Assembly (NCBI GenBank): GCA_963740085.1
Contig: CAVUCU010000006.1
Coordinates: 1-15,695 of the forward strand
DNA from: Nitrospirota bacterium
GTDB taxonomy: Bacteria; Nitrospirota; UBA9217
Reading direction: 5' to 3'
Length of the DNA stretch: 15,695 nucleotides
This document shows positions 1 through 10,358 of the stretch, piece by piece. The notes under the pieces are model-generated. The model ran no database searches. It was not told where the DNA came from and worked only from the letters and a program-made list of their open reading frames with translations. Both the position numbers and the translations under genes were made by a program. Numbering within the stretch: the stretch's first letter is position 1; each line of letters starts with the position of its first letter.

Positions 1-75
1 GAGGAGTGGATGAAGTCGGCATCCAGCGGCCCGATGGGATAGTTTTTGGATGAGAAGTCGTAACTGCTCAGGCTT

Positions 76-166
76 GCCGCAAAAGAACACAAAGAACTCG
101 AAGAAAAAGCCAAAAATGATAATTTCGGTTTAAATTTATTCTGCGTTCCTTGCGTTCTTTCGCGGC
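76..166. repeat. Imperfect palindromic intergenic repeat (REP/MITE-like)
   Basis: GCCGCAAAAGAACACAAAGAAC (76-97) vs reverse complement of 145-166 (GCCGCGAAAGAACGCAAGGAAC): 19/22 match, AT-rich spacer, internal 9-nt periodicity. Confidence 0.7.
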
Positions 167-247
167 TATTAGATTTTGACCTGAGTAGATACGAGAAATC
201 AAGTTGAAACTCCGGGCCCGAGACTCTACTACATCAGGAGTGGACAC

Positions 248-3200
248 ATGGAACGAAAAAAGAAAAAAGCGCCTCCCAGTCGTTCTTCCCAAGGTCAGAA
301 AACCTCCAAAGGACCCAGGGTCGCGGTAAAGCCGTCCCTCCCTTCCCATGAAGAAATGCAACAGCTGAAGGCCGGTCCCTATGTTGTCGGCATCGGGGCG
401 TCCGCAGGCGGACTCGAGGCGCTGGAACTGTTCTTCAGCCACATGCCCCCGGACAGCGGCATGTCCTTTGTCCTGATCCCCCACCTTTCGCCGGACCGCA
501 AGAGCATCATGGCGGAACTTCTTCAACGGCATACCTCCATGAACGTCGCGCAGGCTGAAGAGGGGATGCGGGTCCTGCCGAACAGCGTGTACATCATCCC
601 CCCTAACCAGGACATGAACATCGAGGGCAATACGCTCAATTTGCTCGAACCCACAGCATACCACGGCATCCGCCATCCCATCGACTTCTTTTTCCGGTCC
701 CTCGCAAAGGACCAGGGAGAGCGTGCCATATGCATCATCTTCTCCGGGACGGGCACGGAGGGCACGCTTGGACTGCAGGCGATCAAGGGCGAAGGAGGGC
801 TTGTGCTGGCCCAGGAGGTCAAGACGGCAAAATATGACGGCATGCCGGCCTCCGCCATAGCCACGGACTCGTCGATTATATTCTCCCGCCGGAAAAAATG
901 CCCGAACTCCTGCTGCGCTACACGAAGAGCACCTTCACCCGCGCATTCAAGCCTCAGGTCAGGCCCGATGAAAAGCCGACCGAGGCCCTGCAGAAGATCT
1001 TCGCGATGATCAGGGTCCGGATGGGGCACGACTTTTCCCAGTACAAGCTGAACACGATCGTCCGCAGGATCGAGAAGCGCATGGTACTCCACCAGATAGA
1101 TACCTTGGACAACTATGTCTCATACCTTCGGAACAATGAATACGAGGTCGAAGCGCTCGCCAACGAACTGCTCATCCGGGTAACGAGCTTTTTCAGGGAC
1201 CCCGAGGCCTTCGACATCCTGAAACAGAAGGCCTTCCCCCGTATGTTCAAAGACAAGGTCTCCGGCAGCAACCTGCGCATCTGGGTCCCCGGATGTTCCA
1301 CCGGAGAAGAGGCCTATTCGCTTGCCATGGTCGCGCAGGAAACAATGCACGAGCACAACGTCAATTATAAGATCCAAGTCTTCGCCACCGACATCGACAG
1401 CAGGGCCATCGAGATCGCACGGGCTGGCCTGTACCCCGAGAGCATCACCGTCGACGTGTCTCCCGTGCGCCTGGCGCGTTTCTTCATCAGGAAGGGTCAG
1501 CAATATCAGATCAGGGATGATCTCAGGGAAATGGTGGTCTTCGCCGCACAGAACCTCATCAAAGACCCGCCGTTCTCGAAGATGGATATGATCAGCTGTA
1601 GGAACCTCCTTATCTATCTCGGGAGTGCGCTGCAGAAAAAGGTGCTGCCCCTGTTCCATTACTCACTGAATCCTGAAGGCATCCTGTTCCTTGGATCTTC
1701 GGAGACCGTGGGAGACTCTGTTGACTTCTTTTCCGTCCTCGATAAACGCTGGAAGGTCTTCTCGGCCAAGAAGATCGATGCCAACCGGGCCGCCGTGGTC
1801 GACCTCCGCTACCCCGTTTCCCCGGCAGGCCGGGCAAGAAAGGATGTCGTTCCTGAAGGCATGGGGCCGGTGAACGTCGCGGTCAGCAACGTCATGGAGA
1901 AGCTCCTGATCGAGCAGTACGCGCCTCCCAGCTGTATGGTGAACGATAAGGGCGATATCCTCTTTTTCCACGGCCGCACCGGCAGGTTCCTGGAGCCGGC
2001 CTCGGGCAAGGCCGCGCTCAACATCCTCGAGATGGCTCGCGAGGGCCTGCGTATCGAGCTCAGAACTGCGATCCGCAAGGCCCTGGACAAGAAAAAGGAC
2101 GTGGTCGTGGAAGGCCTGCAGATCAGATCGAACGGAGGCCACAGGAGCGTCAACCTGGAAGTTCGTTACGTAAAACAGCCGGAGCATCTGCAGGGACTGC
2201 TCCTCGTCGTATTTAACGAGCAGGCCGTCCCCCAAAGGCACAAGCAAGCGGTAAAGGCTACGACAAAGGCGGCGGGACACGCAAAGGTCAGAGCGGACGA
2301 ACGCGTCTCAGCAATGGAGTACGAGCTTAAGTCCACGAGAGAGCGTCTACAGACCACGGTTGAAGAACTGGAGACCTCGAACGAGGAGCTCAAATCGCTG
2401 AACGAAGAGCTGCAATCCTCGAACGAAGAGCTCCAGAGCACGAACGAGGAGCTGGAAACCTCGCGCGAGGAACTCCAGTCCGTGAACGAGGAACTGGTCA
2501 CGGTAAACACCGAACTTCAGAACAAGATCGAGGAGCTTTCCGATGCAAACAATGATATCGTCAACCTGCTCGAGAGTACCCTGATCGCAACGATATTCCT
2601 GGACAGCAAGCTGCGCATCAAGCGCTTTACCCCCACGCTCGCGGACCTCATAAACATCATCCAGACCGACGTCGGACGGCCCCTGGGCGACATCTCCGTG
2701 AAGCTGGACTATGCCGATCTCGTGGCGGACGCGGAGGAGACGGTCAGGACCCTCGAGACAAAGGAAAAAAGCGTCCGGCATGTGGACGGCCGCTGGTTCC
2801 TGGCGCGGGTCCTGCCCTACCGCACGGTTGAAAATGTCATCGACGGCATCGTCATCACCTTCATCGATATCACCGAGCAGAAGCGGGCCCAGGCGCTCCA
2901 GGATGCCCTCACCTATGCCGAGGGGATCGTGGACACCGTTCGCGAACCGCTCCTGGTCCTCGATGCGGACCTCCGGGTGATGTCCGCGAACAGGTCGTTC
3001 TACGAGATCTTCAGCGTATCTCGGGAAGAGACCGAGAAGAAGCTGGTGTACGAACTCGGCAGCGGGCAGTGGAACATCCCCGGGCTCAGGACCCTCCTGG
3101 AGGAGATCCTTACGAAAAGCGCGCAGTTCCGGGACTTCGTCGTGGACCATGAGTTTCCGGGCGTCGGCAGAAGGAAGATGCTGCTGAACGCCCGGCGGAT

Positions 3201-3267
3201 AAATCAGAACGAGGTCGGGACGCAAATGATACTCGTCGCGATGGAGGATGTGACGGGAAGAGGATAG
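248..3267 (+). CDS. CheB methylesterase-CheR methyltransferase-coiled coil-PAS fusion (CheBR type), split by a 1-nt frameshift near 865
   Basis: ORF 248-1009 has CheB motifs (VVGIGASAGG, PHL, PIDFFFRSLA, SGTGTEG). ORF 898-3267 has CheR motifs (VTSFFRD, RIWVPGCSTGEEAYS, FATDID, ISCRNLLIY), NEEL heptads and PAS domains. Adding one G to ACGGACTC (863-870) gives a continuous AIATGLVDYILPPEKMPELL. SD AGGAG at 236-240. Confidence 0.9.
2362..2496 (+). repeat. 21-nt coding heptad repeats (S/T-NEEL-x) in the CheBR coiled coil
   Basis: EELETSNEELKSLNEELQSSNEELQSTNEELETSREELQSVNEEL in the translation. Confidence 0.85.
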
Positions 3268-3279
3268 GGGACTAACACC

Positions 3280-4950
3280 ATGAAAAAAGCAAATTCAGAA
3301 ACTTCCGATCTCGCCGCTCTTCGCCGTAAAGCGCAGAAGAAGCTCAAAGAACAGACGGAGAGGCTGCAAGAGCTTTCCCAGCAGGATACGAAACGGCTCA
3401 TCACCGAACTGGGCACGCACCAGATCGAGCTGGAAATGCAGAACGAGGAGCTGCGCAGGGCCGAAAGGGAGCTCGGGGCCTCCCGCGACCGGTATGCCGA
3501 CCTGTATGATTTTGCGCCGGTCGGTTATTTTACGATTGATGAGCAGGGTATGATATGCGAAATAAATCAGAGCGGGGCCGACCTCCTTGAACTCGGCAAA
3601 CGCCTGTTGCTCAATAAATCGTTCACCTCCTTTCTCCTGGATATGTCCGATCAGCGGATATTTCGCGCCCACTGCGACGATGCGTTCCTCAAACAGACGC
3701 GGCAGTCCTGCGAGGTCAGGCTGAAAGGAAAAGACGGGCCTCCCTTGTATGTTCAGTTGCAAAGCATCGCGGCCGGCACGATCGAGGATAAAGCGGGTTC
3801 CCTGCGGATGACCGTTATCGATATCAACGAGCGCAAGCGGGCGGAGGAAGAACTGGGGAAGAGCAGGGAGCTCCTTCATTCGGTCATTGAAGGAACGTCG
3901 GATGCGATCTACGTGAAGGACCTGAAGGGACGATACCTTCTTTTCAATACAGCCTCTGAAGGCATAACAGGGAAGAACTCCGCCGAGGTGCTCGGCAAGG
4001 ACGACACCGTCCTCTTCCGGCCGGAAGAGGCAAAGATGGTCATGGCCGGCGACCGCGCGGTCATAAAAGCAGGCACGCGACAGACCTATGAAGAGGTCGT
4101 TACAACCGCATCGGGAGAAAAGCGGACCTATCTTTCCACAAAGGGTCCGTTGTTCGATAATGACGGCCGCCTCGCCGGCCTGTTCGGGATCGCGCGTGAT
4201 ATCACGGAACGCAAGAAAGCCCAGGAAGAGCTTCAGTCGACTCATGCTGAACTTGAGCGACAGGCATGCGAGCTCGAAGCGGTGAACCGGGAGCTGGAGG
4301 CCTTCTCTTACACGGTGTCGCACGACCTGAAAACGCCGCTTCGGAGCATCGGCGGTTTTGCCGGCGCGCTGCTCGAAGATTGCCCGGACAAACTCGACGC
4401 GACCTGCAGGGATTACCTTTCGCGGATAAACGCCGCTACGCTGCGGATGAACCAGCTCATCGATGCCATGCTGAAGATGGCGAAGTCAACACGCGGCGAG
4501 ATGCATGAAAATGTGGTCAATTTCAGCTCACTGGCAAAGGTCATAGCGCATGATCTAAAGAAACGGGATCCGGAACGACAGGTCGAATTCGTTATCGTTG
4601 ATAATATGAAGGTCAAGGGCGATGCGACAATGATGGAGGTAATGCTTCAAAACCTCATGGATAATGCATGGAAATTCACGAGTACGCATCAGACAGCCAG
4701 GATCGAGTTCGGGGTTGATGAGAGGGATGGCAAAACGGTATATTATGTTCGTGATGACGGCGCGGGCTTCAATATGCAATATGCCGACAAGCTCTTCATG
4801 CCTTTCCAGCGCCTGCATAAGGATTCCGAGTTTCCCGGCATCGGCATCGGTCTGGCCATCGCCCACCGCATTATCACGCGTCACGGCGGGCGGATTTGGG
4901 CCGAGGGAGAGATCGAAAAAGGCGCGACGATATTTTTCACCGTTGCGTGA
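3280..4950 (+). CDS. PAS/PAC sensor histidine kinase
   Basis: Two PAS/PAC regions, H-box FSYTVSHDLKTPL, N-box NLMDNAWKF, G1 DDGAGF, G2 GIGIGLAI. Starts 12 bp after the CheBR stop. Confidence 0.93.
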   Translation: MKKANSETSDLAALRRKAQKKLKEQTERLQELSQQDTKRLITELGTHQIELEMQNEELRRAERELGASRDRYADLYDFAPVGYFTIDEQGMICEINQSGADLLELGKRLLLNKSFTSFLLDMSDQRIFRAHCDDAFLKQTRQSCEVRLKGKDGPPLYVQLQSIAAGTIEDKAGSLRMTVIDINERKRAEEELGKSRELLHSVIEGTSDAIYVKDLKGRYLLFNTASEGITGKNSAEVLGKDDTVLFRPEEAKMVMAGDRAVIKAGTRQTYEEVVTTASGEKRTYLSTKGPLFDNDGRLAGLFGIARDITERKKAQEELQSTHAELERQACELEAVNRELEAFSYTVSHDLKTPLRSIGGFAGALLEDCPDKLDATCRDYLSRINAATLRMNQLIDAMLKMAKSTRGEMHENVVNFSSLAKVIAHDLKKRDPERQVEFVIVDNMKVKGDATMMEVMLQNLMDNAWKFTSTHQTARIEFGVDERDGKTVYYVRDDGAGFNMQYADKLFMPFQRLHKDSEFPGIGIGLAIAHRIITRHGGRIWAEGEIEKGATIFFTVA

Positions 4951-4955
4951 TAGGT

Positions 4956-5897
4956 ATGACGAAATCATTAGTTCACTCTGCCGCGAAGACACACATGAAC
5001 GAAGGCTGTGAATACCGCGAACAAGTCGGCCCTTCTGCTGATTCCCTGACGCTGCTGGCTTATCTGAGCGAGCGCTATCGTCACTCATCATCAGCGGAGT
5101 GGGCAACCCGCATCGCCTCCGGTCAGGTGCTTATCGATGATCTGCCTGCGCATGCCGACAGCGTGCTGGGCGCGGGATGCGTGCTGGCGTGGCGTCGCCC
5201 GCCGTGGATTGAGCCTGATGCTCCAAGGTCATTTCCCATTTTATATGAAGATGATGACGTGATCGCAGTGAACAAGCCGGCGGGATTGCCAACGCTTCCC
5301 GGTGCTAATTTTCTTCAGTCAACCCTGCTGCACCTCGTGCGGGTCCAAGCGCCTGACGCCGCTCCCCTCCATCGATTGGGTAGATGGACATCCGGTATAG
5401 TATTGTGCGCGCGGAACGACCATGCGCGGACGGAATTGATGCGGCAATGGTCGGCAAGGCAGGTCGGCAAACGCTACCGCGCGCTCGCGAGCGGGCGTCC
5501 TGATTGGGATGAGACGACGATCTCGACGCCTATCGGCCCGGTGCCGCACGCCTTGCTCGGCTCGGTGCATGCCGCGTCCCAAGAAGGCAAATCCGCTTTG
5601 TCTCACGTGACCGTCATCGAACGTCGCGAGGATTCCTTCCTCTGCGATGTACGTATTGAGACGGGCCGTCCACACCAGATCCGCATTCACCTGGCATACT
5701 CGGGACACCCTCTGGTTGGCGATCCTCTGTACGGCGCAGGCGGTTTGCCCCTGCCGGACACACACGCCTTGCCCGGCGACCCGGGCTACCATCTTCATGC
5801 CGCAATTCTGAGCTTTCGTCATCCCGGCACCGGGCGCGCGATGGTCATCGAGTGCGAGCCGCCGTCGTTATTACGAGTTCATTCAGGTTCGCAGTGA
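4956..5897 (+). CDS. RluA-family RNA pseudouridine synthase
   Basis: Motifs VNKPAGL, HRLGRWTSG, KRYRA, ETGRPHQIRIH, GHPLVGDPLY, LHA. Start is ATG 4956 or 4995; the ORF-track start at 4896 overlaps the kinase. Confidence 0.9.
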   Translation: MTKSLVHSAAKTHMNEGCEYREQVGPSADSLTLLAYLSERYRHSSSAEWATRIASGQVLIDDLPAHADSVLGAGCVLAWRRPPWIEPDAPRSFPILYEDDDVIAVNKPAGLPTLPGANFLQSTLLHLVRVQAPDAAPLHRLGRWTSGIVLCARNDHARTELMRQWSARQVGKRYRALASGRPDWDETTISTPIGPVPHALLGSVHAASQEGKSALSHVTVIERREDSFLCDVRIETGRPHQIRIHLAYSGHPLVGDPLYGAGGLPLPDTHALPGDPGYHLHAAILSFRHPGTGRAMVIECEPPSLLRVHSGSQ

Positions 5898-6054
5898 GAG
5901 CCGGGAGGTTGGAAACTGTTTTCGTGCAATTTGAAGAAGATGTTGGGCTTCATTATGCTCAGCCCAATCGACACGCTGCTCTTAGAATCGTAAATTGCTA
6001 CTTGAAATATTCATTTTATGCTATATTCGAATGGCAAGAAGTGCTTTCCGTACT
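5610..6054 (+). repeat. Direct repeat copy 1 (rluA 3' end plus downstream intergenic DNA)
   Basis: Manual alignment to 13851-14287 gives about 94% identity. Confidence 0.95.
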
Positions 6055-6169
6055 CCGCAACAGATACGTTTTATGAAAAATTCATATTTTACGCTGTCAT
6101 CAACCATCTTCATCTCTTCCGAATGGATTGACTTTTATTTAATATAATGTCAAAGAATCGTGTTTTCGC

Positions 6170-8575
6170 ATGACAAGAGAGGGCGCCATGGCGGTTGTTC
6201 TGTTGCTTGCGCTGGTCTGGTTATTGGCATATTTTCGGGTTAAGCTCCGGGTCTGGACCATTGTGGTTGCGGCGTTCCTGGGGTATTTGACCGTTGCAGG
6301 TCGGGGAACCACGGTTGCCTGGTTGATCTTTGTGCTGGCTGCGGCGATCTTGAATGTTGTGCCGCTTCGTCGTGTGCTCCTGAGCAGACCGCTGCTTGGC
6401 CTGTTCCGAAAATTGCTCCCCCCCATGTCCCAGACAGAACGGGAAGCGCTTGAAGCCGGCACCGTATGGTGGGACGGAGAACTTTTCAGCGGCCGGCCAA
6501 ACTGGCAAAAACTTCTGGCCGAACCCGGGCCTGCATTGACTCCGGAAGAGCAGAAATTCCTCGACGGACCGGTGGAAGAGCTTTGCCTGATGCTCGACGA
6601 CTGGAAGATCTGTAAAGAACTCCACGACCTGCCGCCGGAGGTCTGGAAATTCATCAAGGACAAAGGCTTTTTCGGCATGATCATCCCAAAGGAGTATGGC
6701 GGGCTGCAATTCTCGGCCATGGCCCATTCGCAGGTGATCATGAAGATATCCAGCCGCAGCATTACCGGCGCAGTGACCGTGATGGTTCCCAACTCCCTTG
6801 GCCCGGCCGAACTGCTGCTGCACTATGGCACAGAGAAACAAAAGGACCACTATCTGCCACGGCTTGCCCGGGGGGAGGAAGTTCCGTGCTTTGCACTGAC
6901 CGGGCCCGAAGCGGGAAGCGACGCCGCGTCCATTCCCGATATCGGCATCGTCTGCCGTGGGACGTTCGAGGGAAAAGAGAGGCTCGGCATCCGCCTCAAC
7001 TGGGAAAAACGTTACATCACCCTCGGGCCGGTTGCTACCATTATCGGGCTGGCCTTCAGGCTGAATGATCCCGACCATCTTCTTGGCGACAAGGAGGATA
7101 TCGGCATCACCTGCGCCCTGGTCCCCTCAAAACTTCCCGGCATCACCATCGGCACTCGTCACGATCCACTCGGCATTCCGTTTCAGAACGGTCCCACCTG
7201 GGGCAAGGACGTGTTCATCCCGATCGATTTTATAATCGGTGGCGATGCCATGGCCGGCCAGGGATGGCGAATGCTCATGGAGACCCTCGCTACCGGCCGT
7301 GGCATCTCTTTGCCCGCCCTCAGCACCGGCGCAGGTAAACTGACTTCCCGCGCCATCGGTGCTCATGCGCGGATCCGAAAGCAGTTTAAGCTCCCCATCG
7401 GCCGCTTTGAGGGGATCGAAGAGCCGCTGGCCAGGATCGGAGGCGCCACCTATTTGATGGATGCAGCGCGGGTCATGACCTGCGGCGCCATCGACCAGGG
7501 CAGGAAACCGGCGGTGATCACCGCCATCGTGAAATATCATCTGACCGAGCGGATGCGCAAGGTGGTGAATGACGGCATGGATGTGCAGGGCGGCGGCGGT
7601 ATCATTCTCGGCCCGCGCAACTTCCTCGGCCGGACCTATCAGTCGGCGCCGATCGGGATCACGGTAGAAGGGGCCAATATCCTGACCCGTTCCATGATCA
7701 TATTCGGTCAGGGTGCTATTCGCTGCCATCCGTATATTCAGCAGGAAATGCAGGCGGCGACTGATCCGGACCAACAGAAGGGGTTGGCGCTCTTCGACCG
7801 GGCGCTGTTCGGCCACATCGGCTACTTGATCAGCAACGCAGGCCGGACTCTTTTCCTGGGAATGACCGGCGGCCGGCTGGTCAGAGTCTCTGGCGGGCCG
7901 GCCCGCCGCTATTTCCAGAAGGCGACGCGTCTCTGCGCGGCTTTTGCCCTGACCGCCGATGCGGCGCTGATGCTTTTGGGGGGAAATTTGAAGCGCAAGG
8001 AAAAGCTCTCCGGCCGTTTGGCGGACATCCTGAGCATCTCTACCTGCTGTCGGCGGTGCTCAAACAGTATGAGGACCGGCGTCGGCCGCAGGACCAATGG
8101 CCGCTGTTCAAATGGGCCTGTGAGGAAAGTCTTTTCGGCATCTAGGAGAGTTTCGCCGGCCTCCTGCGCAACTTCCCGAATCGCCCTGCGGCCTGGCTTC
8201 TCAGGCTGCTCGTTTTCCCGCTCGGCCGCCCCTTTGCCGGACCGAGTGACCGCCTTGGTCGCCGGGTTGCGGGCATCCTGCTTGAACCGTGCTCAGCAAG
8301 AGACCGTTTGACCGCCGGGTTGTTTCTCCCCAAGAGTTTGACAGAGCCGCTCGGCCGGCTGGAAGACGCTTTGCCCAAGGTTATCGCCGCTGAGCCGGTG
8401 GAGAAAAAACTGCGGGATGCGATGCGGGTCGGCAAACTTAAGGAGCAGCCCGATGTCCTGCTCCTTGAAGAGGGGGCCAGGGCAGGGGTTGCGACAGTGG
8501 CCGAGGCGAGATCTTGCGTCTGGTTCTTCTTGCCCGCGCCTAGGTGGTCCGGGTGGTGATTTCTCCAAATTATAG
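6170..8575 (+). pseudogene. fadE: FadE-type acyl-CoA dehydrogenase with disrupted C-terminal region
   Basis: LPPMSQTEREALEAGTVWWDGELFSG, FALTGPEAGSDA, ITVEGANILTRS. Missing C at about 8035 (LADILS-HLYLLSAVLK), in-frame TAG 8143-8145, shift at about 8508, TAG 8541-8543. The C-terminal remnant ends near 8575. Confidence 0.85.
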
Positions 8576-8889
8576 AAAACAACGCCCATGCAGATTCTCA
8601 GCGCCTACGGCTTTTTCTTTCAGTGCAAAATGAGCCACTGGCGCATAATTACCGGGCCAAAAGGGTTCGATACCTGACCACCCTTCTCCCTTAATCCATA
8701 AAACCGGCTACTTCGAATACCTTTACGAATAACTCCCACGGTATGGTCTTGCTATATTTTGAGAAGCAAGACAACCAATGATTCCTTATCGTTAAACAAT
8801 GAGGCTCCTTACATGAATTAAATAGGCATTTGGTACTACAGATTGTCGGGCTTAAGGTAAAACTATTTTGTTATCAGGAGGGCCGCGCC

Positions 8890-9096
8890 ATGGAATGCAA
8901 TTTTCTATCGGGAAATTATATGAAATACTGCACCGAAAGCCGTGAAGGCTACATCCCAAGTGCATTCGAAATGCAGGAGTATTGCACATCAAGGAGGCAC
9001 ACCCTTTGCACATTCTTCTGCAGAAGGCAAGCGGAATTCCCGAGTTTCAGATCGAACAAAGCGCCGGCCTGCCGCTCGCCAAGTCGACGAACGTAA
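8890..9096 (+). CDS. Small Cys-rich hypothetical protein
   Basis: SD AGGAGG upstream of ATG 8890. Sequence MECNFL...YCTE...YIPSAFEMQEYC...HTLCTFFC. Confidence 0.6.
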   Translation: MECNFLSGNYMKYCTESREGYIPSAFEMQEYCTSRRHTLCTFFCRRQAEFPSFRSNKAPACRSPSRRT

Positions 9097-9154
9097 TGGG
9101 ATCGCCTTCGGGAAAAAATATGAGGCCGCTGCGCGAAACAATAGGAAATACATT

Positions 9155-9327
9155 GTGCAAAAAAATACGGATATCAACGGCATTACTATAGCGGCGGCAT
9201 TACTTGCTCTTTCATCATGCTTTCCGGTTGTTGTTCCAGAAGGCCTGGGCACGGGCACATGCCCGTTCCTGCGCCCGTGCCGGTGCCCGCTCCGGCGCCA
9301 CCGCATCCGAAACCCCAAGTTTATTAA
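9155..9327 (+). pseudogene. Small lipoprotein with Pro-rich tail, frameshifted
   Basis: Frames join into KKIRISTALL-IAAALLALSSC (lipobox)-FPVVVPEG-GHGHMPVPAPVPVPAPAPPHPKPQVY*, with TAA at 9325-9327. Confidence 0.45.
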
Positions 9328-9423
9328 ATGCGGAAAAACACGCGGGGCGGTTTCGAGTTATTGTTGAAGGAAAGCAAAAAGGCCTGATCACAAGCATAAC
9401 GTTCCTACGATGCGGGGGTTGTT

Positions 9424-9522
9424 ATGAAGGACGAAAGAAAAGTGTACGAAGAAAAGCTTGATGCGCAGTTGAAGGAATGGAGCGCACAGTTCGCCCTGCT
9501 CAAGGCCAAGCAAGGAAGATGA
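9424..9522 (+). pseudogene. Truncated coiled-coil stress-protein remnant (Sll1863-like)
   Basis: MKDERKVYEEKLDAQLKEWSAQFALLKAK resembles the N-terminus of this family as I recall it. Stops after 32 aa. Confidence 0.55.
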
Positions 9523-9595
9523 TATTAAAATAGAGTCTAAGAACGCGTCGTCGCCTTGACGGGAAAGTCTCGGAAAAATCCCATAAATCAATGGT

Positions 9596-9937
9596 CAGGA
9601 GACAGTGGCAGGTCTGCCCGGGGTGAAAAGCGTGGACAACAGGCTGGAAGTCAAAGGTGATCACCCCGCCGAGCAGTCGGATGCGTGGCTGATTGCGAAG
9701 GTGAAAACCACGCTCTTGTTCCATCGCAGCGTGAGCGGACTCAAAACCGAGTGAACGCTGAAAGACGGGATCGTCACCTTGCAAGGCGAAGCAACCAGCG
9801 AGGCGCGAAAGCAACTGACGACCAAATACGCCAAGGACGTGGAAGGGTCAAAGACGTTAAAAATCAGATGACCGTGTCCAAGACCCGAAAAAAATGGCGA
9901 GGACAACGGGTGATAAGATCGATGACGCCTCCATTAC
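9596..9937 (+). pseudogene. Multi-BON (OsmY-like) domain protein fragment
   Basis: Across shifts: QETVAGLPGVKSVDNRLEV...SDAWLIAKVKTTLLFHRSVS...KDGIVTLQGEA...YAKDVEG-VKDVKNQMTV...DKIDDASIT. No start, and truncated at the beginning of the next BON repeat. Confidence 0.85.
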
Positions 9938-9956
9938 AAAAAAGGAGGAAACACAA

Positions 9957-10243
9957 ATGAACGAAGACCTGGACAAATTGATTTCCCGTCGCACACTGCT
10001 TAAAGGCGCTGCTGCGGTAACATGCGTCGCACTCGCGTCCGCTTTCGGCGGCAAGGCATTTGCAGCAACAGTAAAATCGACCAAAGCCGTAGCGAAGTAC
10101 CAAGACACGCCGAATGGCGATAAGAAATGAGCAATTCAACTTCTATCGAAGGCAAGACGCCAATGGCTGACGGTACCTGTCAGCTCGTGGAGGGTTCGAT
10201 CAGCCCAGAGGGCGACTGTGCCTTGTATATCAAGAAAGCCTAA
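9957..10243 (+). pseudogene. Tat-exported high-potential iron-sulfur protein (HiPIP), frameshifted
   Basis: SD AGGAGG; Tat motif SRRTLLK and AFA cleavage site; YQDTPNGDKK; in other frames (C)SN(C)NF..EGKTPMADGTCQLVEGSISPEGDCALYIKKA*. This fits the HiPIP C-x2-C...C...C spacing. Confidence 0.8.
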
Positions 10244-10358
10244 TGCAGCGCCTCGGGGCCTCAGCCAGAATGGTTGATAGTTGAAAATTAAGTGACCTGC
10301 CCCTTGCAACGTGGTTATACTTGGGAACAGGGTTCCAAGTAAAAAAGGAGGAGTAATC

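Noticed and set aside
1-70. Possible gene end or remnant at the window edge
   Set aside because: Too short, and no frame gives a recognisable motif.
860-870. Programmed frameshift between CheB and CheR
   Set aside because: No slippery heptamer at the site. One missing G in a short run fits sequencing error or a point lesion.
2362-2496. CRISPR-like or non-coding tandem array
   Set aside because: The repeats are degenerate at third codon positions, have no spacers and encode a coiled coil.
523-7816. Long minus-strand ORFs (e.g. 2347-3225, 3295-4323, 6221-7078)
   Set aside because: Antisense shadows of GC-rich + strand genes, with no recognisable motifs.
8143-8543. Two in-frame TAG codons in fadE suggesting amber recoding
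   Set aside because: TAG is the normal stop of other genes here (3267, 11818, 15687), and the same region also has frameshifts, so decay is the simpler explanation.
8738-8756. Possible sigma54 promoter CGGTATGGTCTTGC
   Set aside because: GG-to-GC spacing is 9 nt rather than the required 10.
9248-9281. GC-rich inverted repeat GGCACGGGCAC / GCGCCCGTGCC
   Set aside because: Explained by Gly-His and Pro-Val-Ala codons of the lipoprotein remnant; no U tract.
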